A DNA stretch of 64,000 nt from Chloroflexota bacterium (GTDB lineage Bacteria; Chloroflexota; UBA11872; VXOZ01). Below, piece after piece: positions 45,262 through 55,819 of the stretch. The stretch lies in the NCBI GenBank assembly GCA_963663275.1, contig OY760183.1:1024001-1088000 (forward strand), in the 5' to 3' direction. Position 1 is the stretch's first letter. Every line of letters starts with the position of its first letter. The position numbers and the translations under genes were made by a program. Under the pieces are notes generated by a model. The model did no database searches and was not told the DNA's origin. It saw nothing but the letters and a program-made list of their open reading frames with translations.

Positions 45262-45549
45262 CAACGGCATCGAGCCACTGCTCTTTCGTCAAGGGTACTC
45301 TATGCGACGCTGATACCCAAATTTCACTCCCTTTCGTTGACATCGTTGCCGTTTGCCGTCAGAATCAACGCAACATGCGCACACGCGGTTTTGGCAGCGT
45401 GGTACCGCCGTGGTTGAATCAAGAGAGACAGACCACTCCGCAGTTTCCACCCGGCGACGCGGCGACAATGCGTAAACCGGCGACCTACGCGCGAGGAAGA
45501 GACGCTGCCCGCCCAAACCGAAGCGCAACACCCGCAAAGGAGCGCACTC

Positions 45550-47166
45550 TTGGCGCAAGCACATGACGTGGCTGATGTCTTGATCATTGGCGCGGGCGCG
45601 TCCGGCGCGGCGGCGGCCTGGTCGCTGGCGTCCGCCGGGCTTGACGTGGTCTGCCTGGAGCAGGGGGATTGGGTCGATCCCGCCGATTATCCCCACCAAA
45701 GCACGGACTGGGAATTGCACCGGCAGACCGACTTTGCCAAAGACCCCAACGCGCGGCAGCGGCCGGAGGATTACCCGCTGAACAACGACGACACGCCCAT
45801 CACGCCGCTCATGTTCAACGCCGTCGGCGGCAGCACCATCCACTGGAGCGGGCACTTTCCGCGCTTTCGCCCGTCCGACTTTCGCGTAAAGACGCTGGAC
45901 GGCGTGGCCGACGACTGGCCGCTCACGTACCGGGACCTCGCGCCGTACTACGAGCAGAACGACGCGAACATCGGCGTCTCGGGTCTGAACGGCGATCCCG
46001 GCGGCCCGCCGCGCACACCGCGCCAGACGCCGCCGCTCGGCCTCGATGCCGCCGCCCACGCCTACATTCGCGGTTTGGAGAAACTGGGCTGGCACTGGTG
46101 GCCGTCCGACAACGCCCTGATCACCGCGCCCTTCGGTGAAGGGCGGCAGACGTGCAATTACTGCGGACCGTGCGACCTGGGCTGTCCGCGCGGCGCGATG
46201 TCCAGCGCCCACGTGACCTACTGGCCGGCGGCCCTGGCCAAAGGCGCGCGCCTCATCACCCGCGCCCGCGTGCGCGAAATCAGCGTAAACCGGCGCGGCC
46301 GCGCCAGCGGCGCCGTCTACTACACCGCGGACGGCGGCATTGCCCAGCAGCGCGCCCGGGTTGTCATTATCGCGTGCAATGGCATCGGCACGCCGCGCCT
46401 CCTGCTCAATTCCGTATCCAGTCTCTTTCCGCACGGCCTCGCCAACGCGAACGGCCTGGTCGGCACACACCTTATGTTCCACCCGGTGGCGTTCGTTACC
46501 GGCTTCTTCGGGGAACCGGTACACGGGCATCGAGGACCCGTCGGTCTTCTGCTCCATTGCCAGGAGTTCTATGAGACCGACCTCAGTCGCGGCTACGTGC
46601 GCGGTTTCCAACTGCAACTTTGCCGCGATAGCGGCCCGCTTTCCACGGCCCTCGGGAGTTTTCCCGGCGAGAGGGTGCCGTGGGGACCGGACCATCACCG
46701 GGCCTTGCGGGAGCAGAGCGATCATGCGCTTACCGTGGGTGTCATGATCGAGGACCTGCCGGAGGCACACAATCGTGTAGACCTCGATCCCCATTTGACC
46801 GATACCAATGGCATTCCCGCGCCGCGCGTCGCCTATACCGTTAGCGAGAACAGCCGCAAAGCCCTCGACTACGGCATCGCAAGAGCGCGCGACCTCATGG
46901 ACGCCGCCGGCGCACACACGGTCTTGCATCAAACGCTTACGCGCGAGGCCGGGTGGCACCTCATGGGCACCGCGCGCATGGGCGACGATCCTGCCAACTC
47001 CGTGGTGAATCGGCACGGTCAGGCCCACGATGTGCCCAATCTCTTCATCATCGATGGCAGCCTCTTCGTTACCTCGGCCGCGGTGAACCCTACCAGCACG
47101 ATCCAGGCCCTGGCGCTCTACGTTTCCGATTGGCTGAAGCAGAACTTCCGGGAGGTGGCGGCATGA
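45550..47166 (+). CDS. GMC family flavoprotein oxidoreductase
   Basis: IIGAGASG, VGGSTIHW, CNYCGPCDLGC cluster, HLMGTARMG, NPTSTIQAL. Confidence 0.93.
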   Translation: MAQAHDVADVLIIGAGASGAAAAWSLASAGLDVVCLEQGDWVDPADYPHQSTDWELHRQTDFAKDPNARQRPEDYPLNNDDTPITPLMFNAVGGSTIHWSGHFPRFRPSDFRVKTLDGVADDWPLTYRDLAPYYEQNDANIGVSGLNGDPGGPPRTPRQTPPLGLDAAAHAYIRGLEKLGWHWWPSDNALITAPFGEGRQTCNYCGPCDLGCPRGAMSSAHVTYWPAALAKGARLITRARVREISVNRRGRASGAVYYTADGGIAQQRARVVIIACNGIGTPRLLLNSVSSLFPHGLANANGLVGTHLMFHPVAFVTGFFGEPVHGHRGPVGLLLHCQEFYETDLSRGYVRGFQLQLCRDSGPLSTALGSFPGERVPWGPDHHRALREQSDHALTVGVMIEDLPEAHNRVDLDPHLTDTNGIPAPRVAYTVSENSRKALDYGIARARDLMDAAGAHTVLHQTLTREAGWHLMGTARMGDDPANSVVNRHGQAHDVPNLFIIDGSLFVTSAAVNPTSTIQALALYVSDWLKQNFREVAA

Positions 47167-47666
47167 GCGCGCGGCATGAAGACGGCGCTGTCCTGACGGC
47201 GGCGCAACTGGCGCTCCTGAAAGCCGTTCAAAACCGGCTGATTCCGGCGCAGGACGAGATGCCGGGCGCCGGCGACGCCGGCTGCGCCCAGACGCTCGAT
47301 CGCTATCTCGGCGAACGTCCGGCTTTGCGCCGCCCGGTGCTTGCCGTCCTGGGCGCGATCGAGGCGGCGGCCGGCGTGCGCGCGCAGTCGTCCGTCGAGG
47401 ATGACGCAGGGTCTACGCACGCGGCGTTTACGGCGCTTTCTGAATCCGAACAGGAAGCGGCGCTGCGCGCCGTGGAGTCGGCGCAGCCGGAACTCTTTCA
47501 GACGCTGTTGCGCCAGACGTACACGGCCTACTATACGAATCCCGCCGTGCAGCTCATTCTGGGCTGGAAGCCGCCCCAGCCGGAGGGGTTCCCCACCCCG
47601 CCGCCGTTCGACGAGGCGCTGCTGGCCAACGTAAAGCAGCGCGGCAAAGTCTGGCGAGATGCTTAA
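47163..47666 (+). CDS. Gluconate 2-dehydrogenase subunit 3-like small subunit
   Basis: ATGA overlap with the GMC gene; LIPA...PGA.DAG, F.AL...EQ...L, YY..P.V...LGW. Confidence 0.8.
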   Translation: MSARHEDGAVLTAAQLALLKAVQNRLIPAQDEMPGAGDAGCAQTLDRYLGERPALRRPVLAVLGAIEAAAGVRAQSSVEDDAGSTHAAFTALSESEQEAALRAVESAQPELFQTLLRQTYTAYYTNPAVQLILGWKPPQPEGFPTPPPFDEALLANVKQRGKVWRDA

Positions 47667-47899
47667 TCAGCATATGAAGGTGAAGGACTGCGGGCAACTT
47701 TCAACCCCGCTGCGAATGGGCAGATTGCAAGCGCTGCACGCGGCCTGCTCATGCTAGGGCAACTCGCTCGATAGCAGCATCCGGCGGCGTAGTCTGCAAG
47801 CAACGGGTCGTAAGATGTCCCAAAGTGCTCGACAACGAATCCAGGCTGTGATAGAGTCGAAGCACATGCACTCGACATGCAAAATCGAGCCTTGAGGCT

Positions 47900-47935
47900 A
47901 AAGTCGCAGATATGCTAGCAATCTGCGACTTTCCT
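47900..47935. terminator. Probable bidirectional intrinsic terminator
   Basis: AAAGTCGCAGAT-loop-ATCTGCGACTTT hairpin. Confidence 0.5.
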
Positions 47936-48385
47936 CATTTCATTAGCCAAACGAAAGCAGTGGGCCGCCACTGGGATGACGACCCGCCCAAAGCAACCCT
48001 ATATAGCGTTGCTGTGTCTGTCGCACTGCCCAGCCCCTTTTGGTGCAACTAATATTCCCCTTAAGCTTGGATTGAACTTTGGATAGTGATGGAGGAACTC
48101 ACTTTGTGAAGATCCAAGGCTACTAAACCATGTAGAACGAGTAAGCAACAACGACTCTTACCACATCCAAGAAACCATCAAGAACCCAACAAGTGTGGCT
48201 ACGGTGTGCTGAAACAAACCAACGAATTTCCTCCCGGAATTAAACCAGTTTTTGGCCCTATTATGGCAATAACATTCAAAGAGATCATGCCACTCCAGAA
48301 CAAATCGACTACTGGCGCGAACACTCTAGGAAGTAGCGACCAGCTTCCATGCCACCTCAGTGTTGAACAAGAGCAACTCTTGAGT

Positions 48386-48507
48386 CTTCGTGCTGAGCCT
48401 GTCGAAGCATGAACGGCTATACGCCACCTTGCGGCGGTTCCGTTCACCCTTCGACGCTGCTCAGGGCGAACGTCCCTCGTGCAGACTAGAAGTTTGTAAA
48501 CAGGCTC
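48386..48507. mobile_element. Truncated inverted copy of the 3763-3935 MITE
   Basis: REP doublet plus GTAAACAGGCTC end followed by TAA. Confidence 0.7.
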
Positions 48508-48580
48508 TAAGAACGGACTTGACGACTATAAGGCTTGAAGGTAAGAAATGTTGTGCTACGTCGGCATGGCCGCCCCTGAA

Positions 48581-49279
48581 CTAATCATCGAACCCGTAGT
48601 ACCCACCATCGTAAGTCAATAGATGATATTGGCCAGGTGACTCTACTTCAAGATCACCCGACCCGAATTCCAAAGACGGTATAGCTTGAAGTAACTCATA
48701 TGCGAATTGAGCGTCAAGGCTTCCCACGACGAAGAATTCCGGTTGGGCACTCGCGCGATCCCGCGTGATGCTAACCGTATCACTACCCATCGACTCGACG
48801 GAGACCATCTTGCCAAAGTTGACCCTGAATGACCGTTCCCCATTAAAGTAAAGGTGCTTGGTGGTAACAGCCATGGTACCCACGCCCCGGTCAACAACCT
48901 CATCTCGCTCTACAGGGGTACCCCGCGACTGACCGAGGCGGACAGACACCCCTTTTGCCACTCGGACGCTCGTACCAGCGGAACGACCTACTATCTCGCG
49001 CTTGGTGCGTTGCTCCAGGTACGTCACGTTAGGGAAAACGAAAATCAGATGCTCTGACCGCATGAATTTGAAAGGCAGCCGCCCGACTAATGATTCCCAG
49101 TCAATATCGGGGAGTTTGCCATCGTCGAGAATTGCCAAGATATTCCGTTGCACTTGGCGATACTCTGCAATCCTCTGGCGTTCACGCTCTTGAGCTTCTA
49201 GCAAAGCCAACTGCTCCTGCTCACGTGCTTGCCTACCTTGGGTCATCTTTCGCTTGATGAAATCGAACATGAAGGACAT
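48581..49279 (-). CDS. Hypothetical protein in a low-GC islet (helical N-terminus, G-rich motif, possible PH-like C-terminus)
   Basis: 232-aa ORF; GRSAGTSVRVAKGVSVRLG, then GTMAVTTKHLYF. Confidence 0.75.
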   Translation of the reverse strand: MSFMFDFIKRKMTQGRQAREQEQLALLEAQERERQRIAEYRQVQRNILAILDDGKLPDIDWESLVGRLPFKFMRSEHLIFVFPNVTYLEQRTKREIVGRSAGTSVRVAKGVSVRLGQSRGTPVERDEVVDRGVGTMAVTTKHLYFNGERSFRVNFGKMVSVESMGSDTVSITRDRASAQPEFFVVGSLDAQFAYELLQAIPSLEFGSGDLEVESPGQYHLLTYDGGYYGFDD

Positions 49280-49728
49280 AGTAGGACCCCTTGCACAACG
49301 ACTCTTGCAAACTAATTTCGCGCCGACACTCGAGTGAGACCAAATAGAGGATCGAGTTTCCTGATTTTCGTCCCTTCACACCTTCCGCAATCTCGCTATG
49401 AAGGACTCCGAAGGACATGTTGTAAGTTCCGCATCACACTACACCTCGCCTGATTAGCCGTCAAGGGTTGAGTAGACTACGTGGAGAGGATGTGGAGGCA
49501 ACAATTGGATGTCAGCCTCATGAGCCTATTGAAATGGATTAATCATAAGGAGATTCCAACATCAACCAAGCGCTTCTCAAGTCATTGTCTCCGAATTGGT
49601 AGCGTAGCAGGTTCGCACTTTGCAGGCGTGTCATCTTGACGCATCTAAACTAAACCGGCACCCGCTCAGATAGTCGCTACTATGACATTCGCAGCACTAA
49701 GCGTAGGCTACTTTCGGTCAATCCCAGA

Positions 49729-51432
49729 TTAAGTTTCCCAGTGGCGGTAGAATGCGGAGCGGCGCTCGCCGACCAAGTGTTCCAACTCTTCGCCGTGTAT
49801 CTCGTACTTCTGGAAGACGTGCTGGATCACCTCCACCCCGGCCTCGAATTCCGGCTGCACCACGTCGGACGCGCCGGCGGCGCGCAGCCTTTGGATTGAT
49901 TCGCGTCTGCTGGCCCGCGCGATGATGTCCAGCGCCGGGTTCAGCGAGCGGGCGTGGCGCACCGCAATCTCCGCCGCCACGTCGTCGTGGACGAGCACCG
50001 CCAGGAGCGACGCCTGCTCCAGTTCCGCGTGTGCCAGCACCGCGTGGCTGCCCGCGTCGCCGTACACCACCGGCACGCCGCTCTCGCGCAGTTCGCGCAC
50101 CGTGAGCGGGTTGTATTCCACGACCACGTAGTTGATGTTTTGCAGGTCGAGCGCCTCGGCAAGTTCCCGTCCGACGCGGCCAAAGCCGCAGATTACCGCA
50201 TGTTCGCTGAACTTGCCCATCCAGGCGGGCGCGGTGTCCGGTTCGGCGAACCACGCGCCAACGAGCGGCAGCGCCCCAAAGACGCGAATGATGCGCGGCT
50301 CCAGCAGCAAGAGGAAGGGCGTGAGGATGATGCTGATCAACGCCGTGCTGATCGCCAGGTTGAAGATGGCGGTTGGCAGCGCGCCGGCCGATACGCTGAT
50401 CTGCGCCAGCACGAAGGAGAATTCGCCCACCTGCCCCAGGCTCAGCGCGCCGCGCACGGCGGCGTGCGCCGGCACGCGCAGCGCCAGGAGCAAGATCATC
50501 AGAATGGCGATCTTGCCGAGCACGGCGGCGGTCAGCGCGATGCCGACCGCGCCCAGGTTGTGCCAGAGCCACACCGGATCGAGCAACATCCCCACCGAGA
50601 CGAAGAAGAGCGAGGCGAAGAGGTCGCGCAGGGGCACGACTTCCGCCACCACCTGCGTGCGCAGTTCCGACTCCGCCACCACCAGCCCGGCCAGAAAAGC
50701 GCCGAACGCCAGCGAAAGGCCGACGAACTGCGTTACGAACGCGGTGCCGAGGGCGAGCGCGACCACGGCCAGGATCAGAAGTTCACGGGACTCGCCCTGG
50801 GCGATGTGCGTCAGCAGCCAGTGCGCCACGCGCGCGCCGATGAAGTACGCGCCCAGGCAGACGGCCGCCGCCTTGCCGGCCAGCAGGAGCAGGTCGAAGA
50901 CCAGGTTCTCGCCGCCGGCCGCCAGGGCCGGCAGGATGACGACCATGGGCACCACGGCGATGTCCTGGAGAATCAGGATGCCCAGCGCGATGCGGCCGTG
51001 CAGCGCCTGCAATTCGCCTCGGCTCATAAGCACCTTTATGACCACCACGGTGCTGGAGAGGGCGATGAGCGCGCCGAGCAGGATGCCCTGGGTGAAGGAA
51101 AGACCGAGCGCGCGGCCTATCAGCGGGCCGAGACTCATGGTCAGCAGGATCTGTCCTATACCGCCAATCACGACGATGCGCCCCAGGTGGCGCAACTCGC
51201 GCAGGGAGAACTCCGCGCCCACGGCAAAGAGCAGGAACATCACGCCGATCTCGGCCAGCACCTGCACGTCGTGCTGGTCGGCGCGGAGCAAGGGGCTGAA
51301 CGGCCCGATGGCGATGCCGGCGAGCAGGTATCCCAGGATCACCGGCAGGCCGCAGCGTTGCGCCACTAGCCCCGCCAGAAAGGCGGCGAGGACGGCCACG
51401 GAGAGATTGAGCGCTAACGATACGTCGGGCAC
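49729..51432 (-). CDS. CPA2 cation:proton antiporter with TrkA-N domain (Kef/YbaL-like)
   Basis: GY.LAGI.IGP, LSST.VV.K, QD, GAFLAG, GEFSF, ICGFGRVG; probable GTG start at 51432. Confidence 0.93.
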   Translation of the reverse strand: MPDVSLALNLSVAVLAAFLAGLVAQRCGLPVILGYLLAGIAIGPFSPLLRADQHDVQVLAEIGVMFLLFAVGAEFSLRELRHLGRIVVIGGIGQILLTMSLGPLIGRALGLSFTQGILLGALIALSSTVVVIKVLMSRGELQALHGRIALGILILQDIAVVPMVVILPALAAGGENLVFDLLLLAGKAAAVCLGAYFIGARVAHWLLTHIAQGESRELLILAVVALALGTAFVTQFVGLSLAFGAFLAGLVVAESELRTQVVAEVVPLRDLFASLFFVSVGMLLDPVWLWHNLGAVGIALTAAVLGKIAILMILLLALRVPAHAAVRGALSLGQVGEFSFVLAQISVSAGALPTAIFNLAISTALISIILTPFLLLLEPRIIRVFGALPLVGAWFAEPDTAPAWMGKFSEHAVICGFGRVGRELAEALDLQNINYVVVEYNPLTVRELRESGVPVVYGDAGSHAVLAHAELEQASLLAVLVHDDVAAEIAVRHARSLNPALDIIARASRRESIQRLRAAGASDVVQPEFEAGVEVIQHVFQKYEIHGEELEHLVGERRSAFYRHWET

Positions 51433-51879
51433 GGCAGTTCGCCTCCACCTGTCCCATTCTATACACGGGCGCGGGGCACGGAAAAGCTCGTAGTGTGCCG
51501 CCTGCCAGCCTGTCCCATTGGACACACCGGCGCGGGCCGGCGCTTCGAGCGCGCCCTTGATTCGCCACCCCTGTCCCATTGCGCGCACGAGCGCGGGGCG
51601 CGTCGCGGTCGTTGCGGCCTGGCCGCAACCGGCTTGCGCGCGCCGCCGCCTGAGGCCATGGTACCAGACGCCTGTGGGTTTCAGGTCTCGATGGCAGGCG
51701 GCGCGGCTCCTATCGAGACCGGGCGGCGGCTGGCGCGGACAGCATCCGGCGGAGTTTACTGTTTCCCGTCCGCGTTTCCTGCCAGACCGGCATTGCCAAC
51801 CTAGAGAGAAACTGCTATACTCTTGTGCGGACGATGGAGTCCGGGGCTAGGCGTAAAAGAGCACAGATTGGAGTGAGCG

Positions 51880-52110
51880 ATGGGCTTCCTGGATGCATTG
51901 TTTGGCAAGAAGAAGTCAAGCGGCAGCGTCCGCGAGACGATTAAGGTCGGCCCGGGGGAAACCCTCGAAGACATCGCGCAACGTGAGTACGGCGATGCCA
52001 CCAAGTGGGACGTGATCTTCCAGAAGAACAAGTGGCGCTTCGACGGCGAAGACCCGAAGACCATCTACCCCGGCATGGACCTGGACATTCCCGAAATCGA
52101 CGGGAAGTAA
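51880..52110 (+). CDS. Small LysM-domain protein
   Basis: VGPGETLEDIAQREYGDATKW..IF..N...DP..IYPG..L.IP; GGAG RBS. Confidence 0.88.
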   Translation: MGFLDALFGKKKSSGSVRETIKVGPGETLEDIAQREYGDATKWDVIFQKNKWRFDGEDPKTIYPGMDLDIPEIDGK

Positions 52111-52145
52111 TCCCACACCGTTTCTCATCAATCCGGCTTCCGAAG

Positions 52146-52180
52146 AGGCGCCGGCGCGTATGCGCCGGCGCCTTTCGCTT
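52146..52180. terminator. Intrinsic terminator between convergent genes
   Basis: AGGCGCCGGCGC-GTAT-GCGCCGGCGCCT followed by TTCGCTTT. Confidence 0.65.
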
Positions 52181-52248
52181 TAGCGCGCCAACCGCTCTCT
52201 CGTTTACGCGCCAGCGCCTCTCGTGTCCACGGGCCAACCCTCACCCGT

Positions 52249-53097
52249 TTACGCGCCGGCTACCGTCAGCATCTCCCGCAGCGCCTGGGCGGACTCGATC
52301 GCCGCCGCTTCCGGCGGGCCGCCTTCCACCTGGTAGTGCATCTCCAGCGTATAGACGCCGTCGTAGCCGTCTTTGACCAGCGCGCGGAAATGGCCCGCGT
52401 AGTCCGTATTGCCCTTGCCCACCCGGCAGGCCTCGACTTCACCGTTCACCCAGCGGGCGTCTTTCACGTGCATGTGGGCCAGGTGCGGCTTGATGGCCGC
52501 GTAGTGCTTGGGATAGGGTTCTTCATCGGCCCAGAGGCAGTTGCCCGGATCCCAAATCGCTTTCAGATGCGGCGAACCGACCGCCTCGATCAAGCGGCGC
52601 GACTCCTCGCCCACGCCCGCGTAGCAGGACGGCTCGTTCTCCATGCCCAGATCGAACCCGTGTTTGGCGGCAATGTCCAGCGCCGGGCCAAAGCGTTCCA
52701 CCACCTTGTCGAACACCGCTTCCGGGTCGTCATCCCGCCAGAAAGAGAAGCAGCGCACGACCCGCGTGCCGAACCGCTCGGCCAGGGCGAAGCAGTGCGG
52801 CAGCAGCGCCAAGTGCTCCTCGTAGGTCATCTCCTGCGCGCCGAAGGTGTCACCCTCCACGGTGCGCTGGCGGCCTTCCAGGGGGCACTTGAAGATGGGC
52901 GTGCCCAAGGCGCTCACCTGAATGCCGTTTTGCGCCAGGGAGCGTTCGACGCCGTCCAGCTCTTCCGGTGAAAGGTCCATCAAGTTGGTGCCGTTGACGG
53001 TGCGCAGTTCGGCGTACATGATGCCGTGCTCGCGCATCACGCCCAGGCCCGTGTCGAAGTCCGGGTGCACCTCGTCGGTAAAGATGCCAATCTTCAT
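52249..53097 (-). CDS. Sugar phosphate isomerase/epimerase (TIM barrel, AP endonuclease 2 family)
   Basis: MKIGIFTDE, MENE, WDPGN, HMHVKD, LEMH metal ligands. Confidence 0.88.
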   Translation of the reverse strand: MKIGIFTDEVHPDFDTGLGVMREHGIMYAELRTVNGTNLMDLSPEELDGVERSLAQNGIQVSALGTPIFKCPLEGRQRTVEGDTFGAQEMTYEEHLALLPHCFALAERFGTRVVRCFSFWRDDDPEAVFDKVVERFGPALDIAAKHGFDLGMENEPSCYAGVGEESRRLIEAVGSPHLKAIWDPGNCLWADEEPYPKHYAAIKPHLAHMHVKDARWVNGEVEACRVGKGNTDYAGHFRALVKDGYDGVYTLEMHYQVEGGPPEAAAIESAQALREMLTVAGA

Positions 53098-53214
53098 TGC
53101 CGTTTCCTTCTCCAATCGGTGAGATAGTCCCTGCGCATTATACAAGAAGCCCCGCCGCCCCGCCGCCGCCTTGCCAGGGGCGCGCCCTCATGCCGGGCCC
53201 GGCCGGAAGCGCGG

Positions 53215-54510
53215 TTATGCGCCTTCCGCCTGGGCCGCCGCCGTTTCGGCCGCGTCCGGCAGCGGCCGGGTGAAGCGGCGCAGCGCGCTGACGGCGAGCG
53301 CGGCGGCGGCAATCGCGGCCGCGCCGGCCACGCCAAAGAGCGCCTCGAACGAGACGAGGTCCGCCAGCAGCCCGCCCACCGGCGTCAGGAGGATCAGGAC
53401 GCCAATCAGCGTATTGGTGAAGCCCATGTAGATGATGCGTTCTTCTACCGGCGAGACCTCGATTGCCAGCACCGAGAACGTGATTTCCTGCCCGCCGGTG
53501 GCCGTGCCGAGCAGGACGAAGAGGGCGATGAACACGCCGCCGACGAGAGCCGTACCCGCATTGGCGAGCGTGAGCGCCTGCGCCGCCAGCGCCAACACCG
53601 GCGGCAGGATGCTGAACAGCGTCGTCGCCACCAGCAACAGCCAGCCGCCGCCGCGCGCGCCCAGCCAGCCCCAGATTACGTTGCTGCCGATCACGCCGCC
53701 CATCAGCGCCACCGCGGACGTCGCCACCACGCCCGCCGGCAGTTGCAGCACTCTGGCGCCGTACACCACGTAGAACGGCATCGCGATGAAGGTCAACATG
53801 GTCAGCACGCGGATGATGAGGTACGTGCGAAACGGCGGGTCGCGCTGGATGATCTCCCGGATGCGGCGCAGGTCGCCGCGCATGTTGCGCTTGGGCGGCA
53901 GCGGCGGCCCTTCCGGTTCCCGGACGGCGCTGAACGACGCGTACCCGGCCGAGGTGAAGACCCACGTCAACGCGAAGAGCAGCCAGACCAGGTCGAGGCT
54001 CCCTTCCGAGCGTTCCAGCACCTGGCGCACGACCACGCCGGCCGCCAATGCGCCAATGCCGCCAAAGAAGTTGCGCAGCGAGAAGAAGGTGGAAAGCTGG
54101 CGGCGGGGCACGATGCGCCCGACCACGTCGAAGAACGCCAGGCCGGTAAAGCCGCCGGAGAGCGACGCGATTGCCGTCAGGCCGATGAGGGCCGGCAGCA
54201 CAATCTCGGCCCGCGCCGGCACGGCGAACACAACGGCCGCCAGCAGCGCCCAACAGGTACTGCGCACCAGCGCGCTGCGCCGGTAGAACTTCAGCTTCCG
54301 CCGCTGGCGCTGCATGTAGTTGATCAACAACAACTGGGGCAGCGCCCAGCCGCCCAACTGCATGGCCGGCAGGATGCCGATGATCACGTTGGACTGCGTA
54401 AGCTGGCTGACGTACCAGGGCAGCGCCACCGTGGCGCTGGTAAAGGCCATGCCCGTGGCGTAGAAGACGCCGTTCAGGACGCCACAGATGAAGTTTCTCC
54501 GGCTGGACAA
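53215..54510 (-). CDS. MFS transporter
   Basis: About 12 hydrophobic segments in two halves. Confidence 0.85.
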   Translation of the reverse strand: MSSRRNFICGVLNGVFYATGMAFTSATVALPWYVSQLTQSNVIIGILPAMQLGGWALPQLLLINYMQRQRRKLKFYRRSALVRSTCWALLAAVVFAVPARAEIVLPALIGLTAIASLSGGFTGLAFFDVVGRIVPRRQLSTFFSLRNFFGGIGALAAGVVVRQVLERSEGSLDLVWLLFALTWVFTSAGYASFSAVREPEGPPLPPKRNMRGDLRRIREIIQRDPPFRTYLIIRVLTMLTFIAMPFYVVYGARVLQLPAGVVATSAVALMGGVIGSNVIWGWLGARGGGWLLLVATTLFSILPPVLALAAQALTLANAGTALVGGVFIALFVLLGTATGGQEITFSVLAIEVSPVEERIIYMGFTNTLIGVLILLTPVGGLLADLVSFEALFGVAGAAAIAAAALAVSALRRFTRPLPDAAETAAAQAEGA

Positions 54511-54636
54511 GGGACGCTCTACTTTCGCGGGCCGCGGGCCGCGCGCATGGCAGTAGCAACGCCTGACAGGCGGTAGGCTCGCAACGTGTCGTTACGGTGT
54601 CGCACTAGCATTTGGCGCATGACGTTCAGTCCTTTC

Positions 54637-54909
54637 CCGTTCGCCCTGAGCTTGTCGAAGGGTGAACGGCCTTGGAAGCGGGGTAGCTTTCGCCAGTCAG
54701 TCCTTTCCGTTCGTACTTCGACAGGCTCAGCACGAACGGAAAGGACTGACTTCCTCTAAGGCGCGGAACCCGTTAGTAGCGGAACCCGTTAGTAGCGGAA
54801 CCCATGAGTAGCAGAACTCAAGAGGCTCAAAGTCATCAAATTCCAAACGAGAGCATTGGTGTTCAACCCCCGCCCGGTAGGGGCGCGACACGTCGCGCCC
54901 CTACCGGGC
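54637..54909. repeat. REP cluster (CGTTC doublet, 16-bp tandem GCGGAACCCGTTAGTA, GTAG palindrome)
   Basis: CCGTTCGCCCTGAGCTTGTCGAAGGG, CCGTTCGTACTTCGACAGGCTCAGCACGAACGG, palindrome at 54872-54909. Confidence 0.8.
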
Positions 54910-54928
54910 CGGATTCAGGATTTCGCGG

Positions 54929-55819
54929 TTACGCGTCGCGCACGATGGCGTCGGCCATGCGGCACACGCGCACCATGGGGCCCACGTCGTGCACGCGCAC
55001 CAGATCGACGCCCTGCGCAATCGCCAGCGCCACCGTGGCCGCCGTGCCCTCCAGACGCTCCGCCGCCGGCAGGTCGAGGGTTAGCCCGATGAACGACTTG
55101 CGCGACGTGCCGATCAACACCGGCCGCCTGAGGGCCTGGAGCGCGCCGAGGTTGCGCATGAGCGCGATGTTCTGCCGGGGTGTCTTGCCGAAGCCGATGC
55201 CGGGATCGACGATGACGTTTTCCGGCGCGATGCCGCTGGCGGCCGCCAACGCGCACGTCTCGCCCAGTTCGCGCGTTACGTCCTGCGCAACGTCGCCGTA
55301 TTCCGCCGCGCCGACGTACCCGCCCAGGGCCGATTGCCGGGGCGCGGCGCGGCGATTGTGCATGAGCACGACCGGCACGTTCAAGCCGGCCACCGCGGCG
55401 GCCATGGCCGGATCGCCGCGCAGCCCCCAGACGTCGTTCACCATGGCCGCGCCGGCGCTCACCGCCTCACGCGCCACGGCGGCCTTATAGGTGTCGATCG
55501 AGAGCGGGATGTCCACCGCGCGGCGTATCGCCTCGATTGCCGGCAGCACCCGGTCCAGTTCCGCTTGCGCGGAGACCGCGTCCGCGCCGGGCCGGGTGGA
55601 TTCGCCGCCAATATCCAGAATGTCCGCGCCCTCCGCCGCGAACCGGGCGGCCTGCTCCACGGCGCGGCCCACGTCGCCCCCTACGCCGTCGCCGGAAAAT
55701 GAATTCGGCGTCACGTTGAGAATGCCGACCACGTAGGTGCGGTCGCCCCACCGCAGCGCGCGATCGCCGCAGCGGGTCTCGCGCGGCGTGGCCGCGTGAG
55801 CCAACGGCGGCAGGCTCAT
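54929..55819 (-). CDS. folP: Dihydropteroate synthase
   Basis: GILNVTPNSFSGDG, DIGGESTRPG, SIDTYK, NDVWG, DPGIGFGK, SRKSF, RVHDV. Confidence 0.97.
   Translation of the reverse strand: MSLPPLAHAATPRETRCGDRALRWGDRTYVVGILNVTPNSFSGDGVGGDVGRAVEQAARFAAEGADILDIGGESTRPGADAVSAQAELDRVLPAIEAIRRAVDIPLSIDTYKAAVAREAVSAGAAMVNDVWGLRGDPAMAAAVAGLNVPVVLMHNRRAAPRQSALGGYVGAAEYGDVAQDVTRELGETCALAAASGIAPENVIVDPGIGFGKTPRQNIALMRNLGALQALRRPVLIGTSRKSFIGLTLDLPAAERLEGTAATVALAIAQGVDLVRVHDVGPMVRVCRMADAIVRDA

Noticed and set aside
47663-48450. Short ORFs in the low-GC islet
   Set aside because: No motifs, poor starts, partly inside a MITE.
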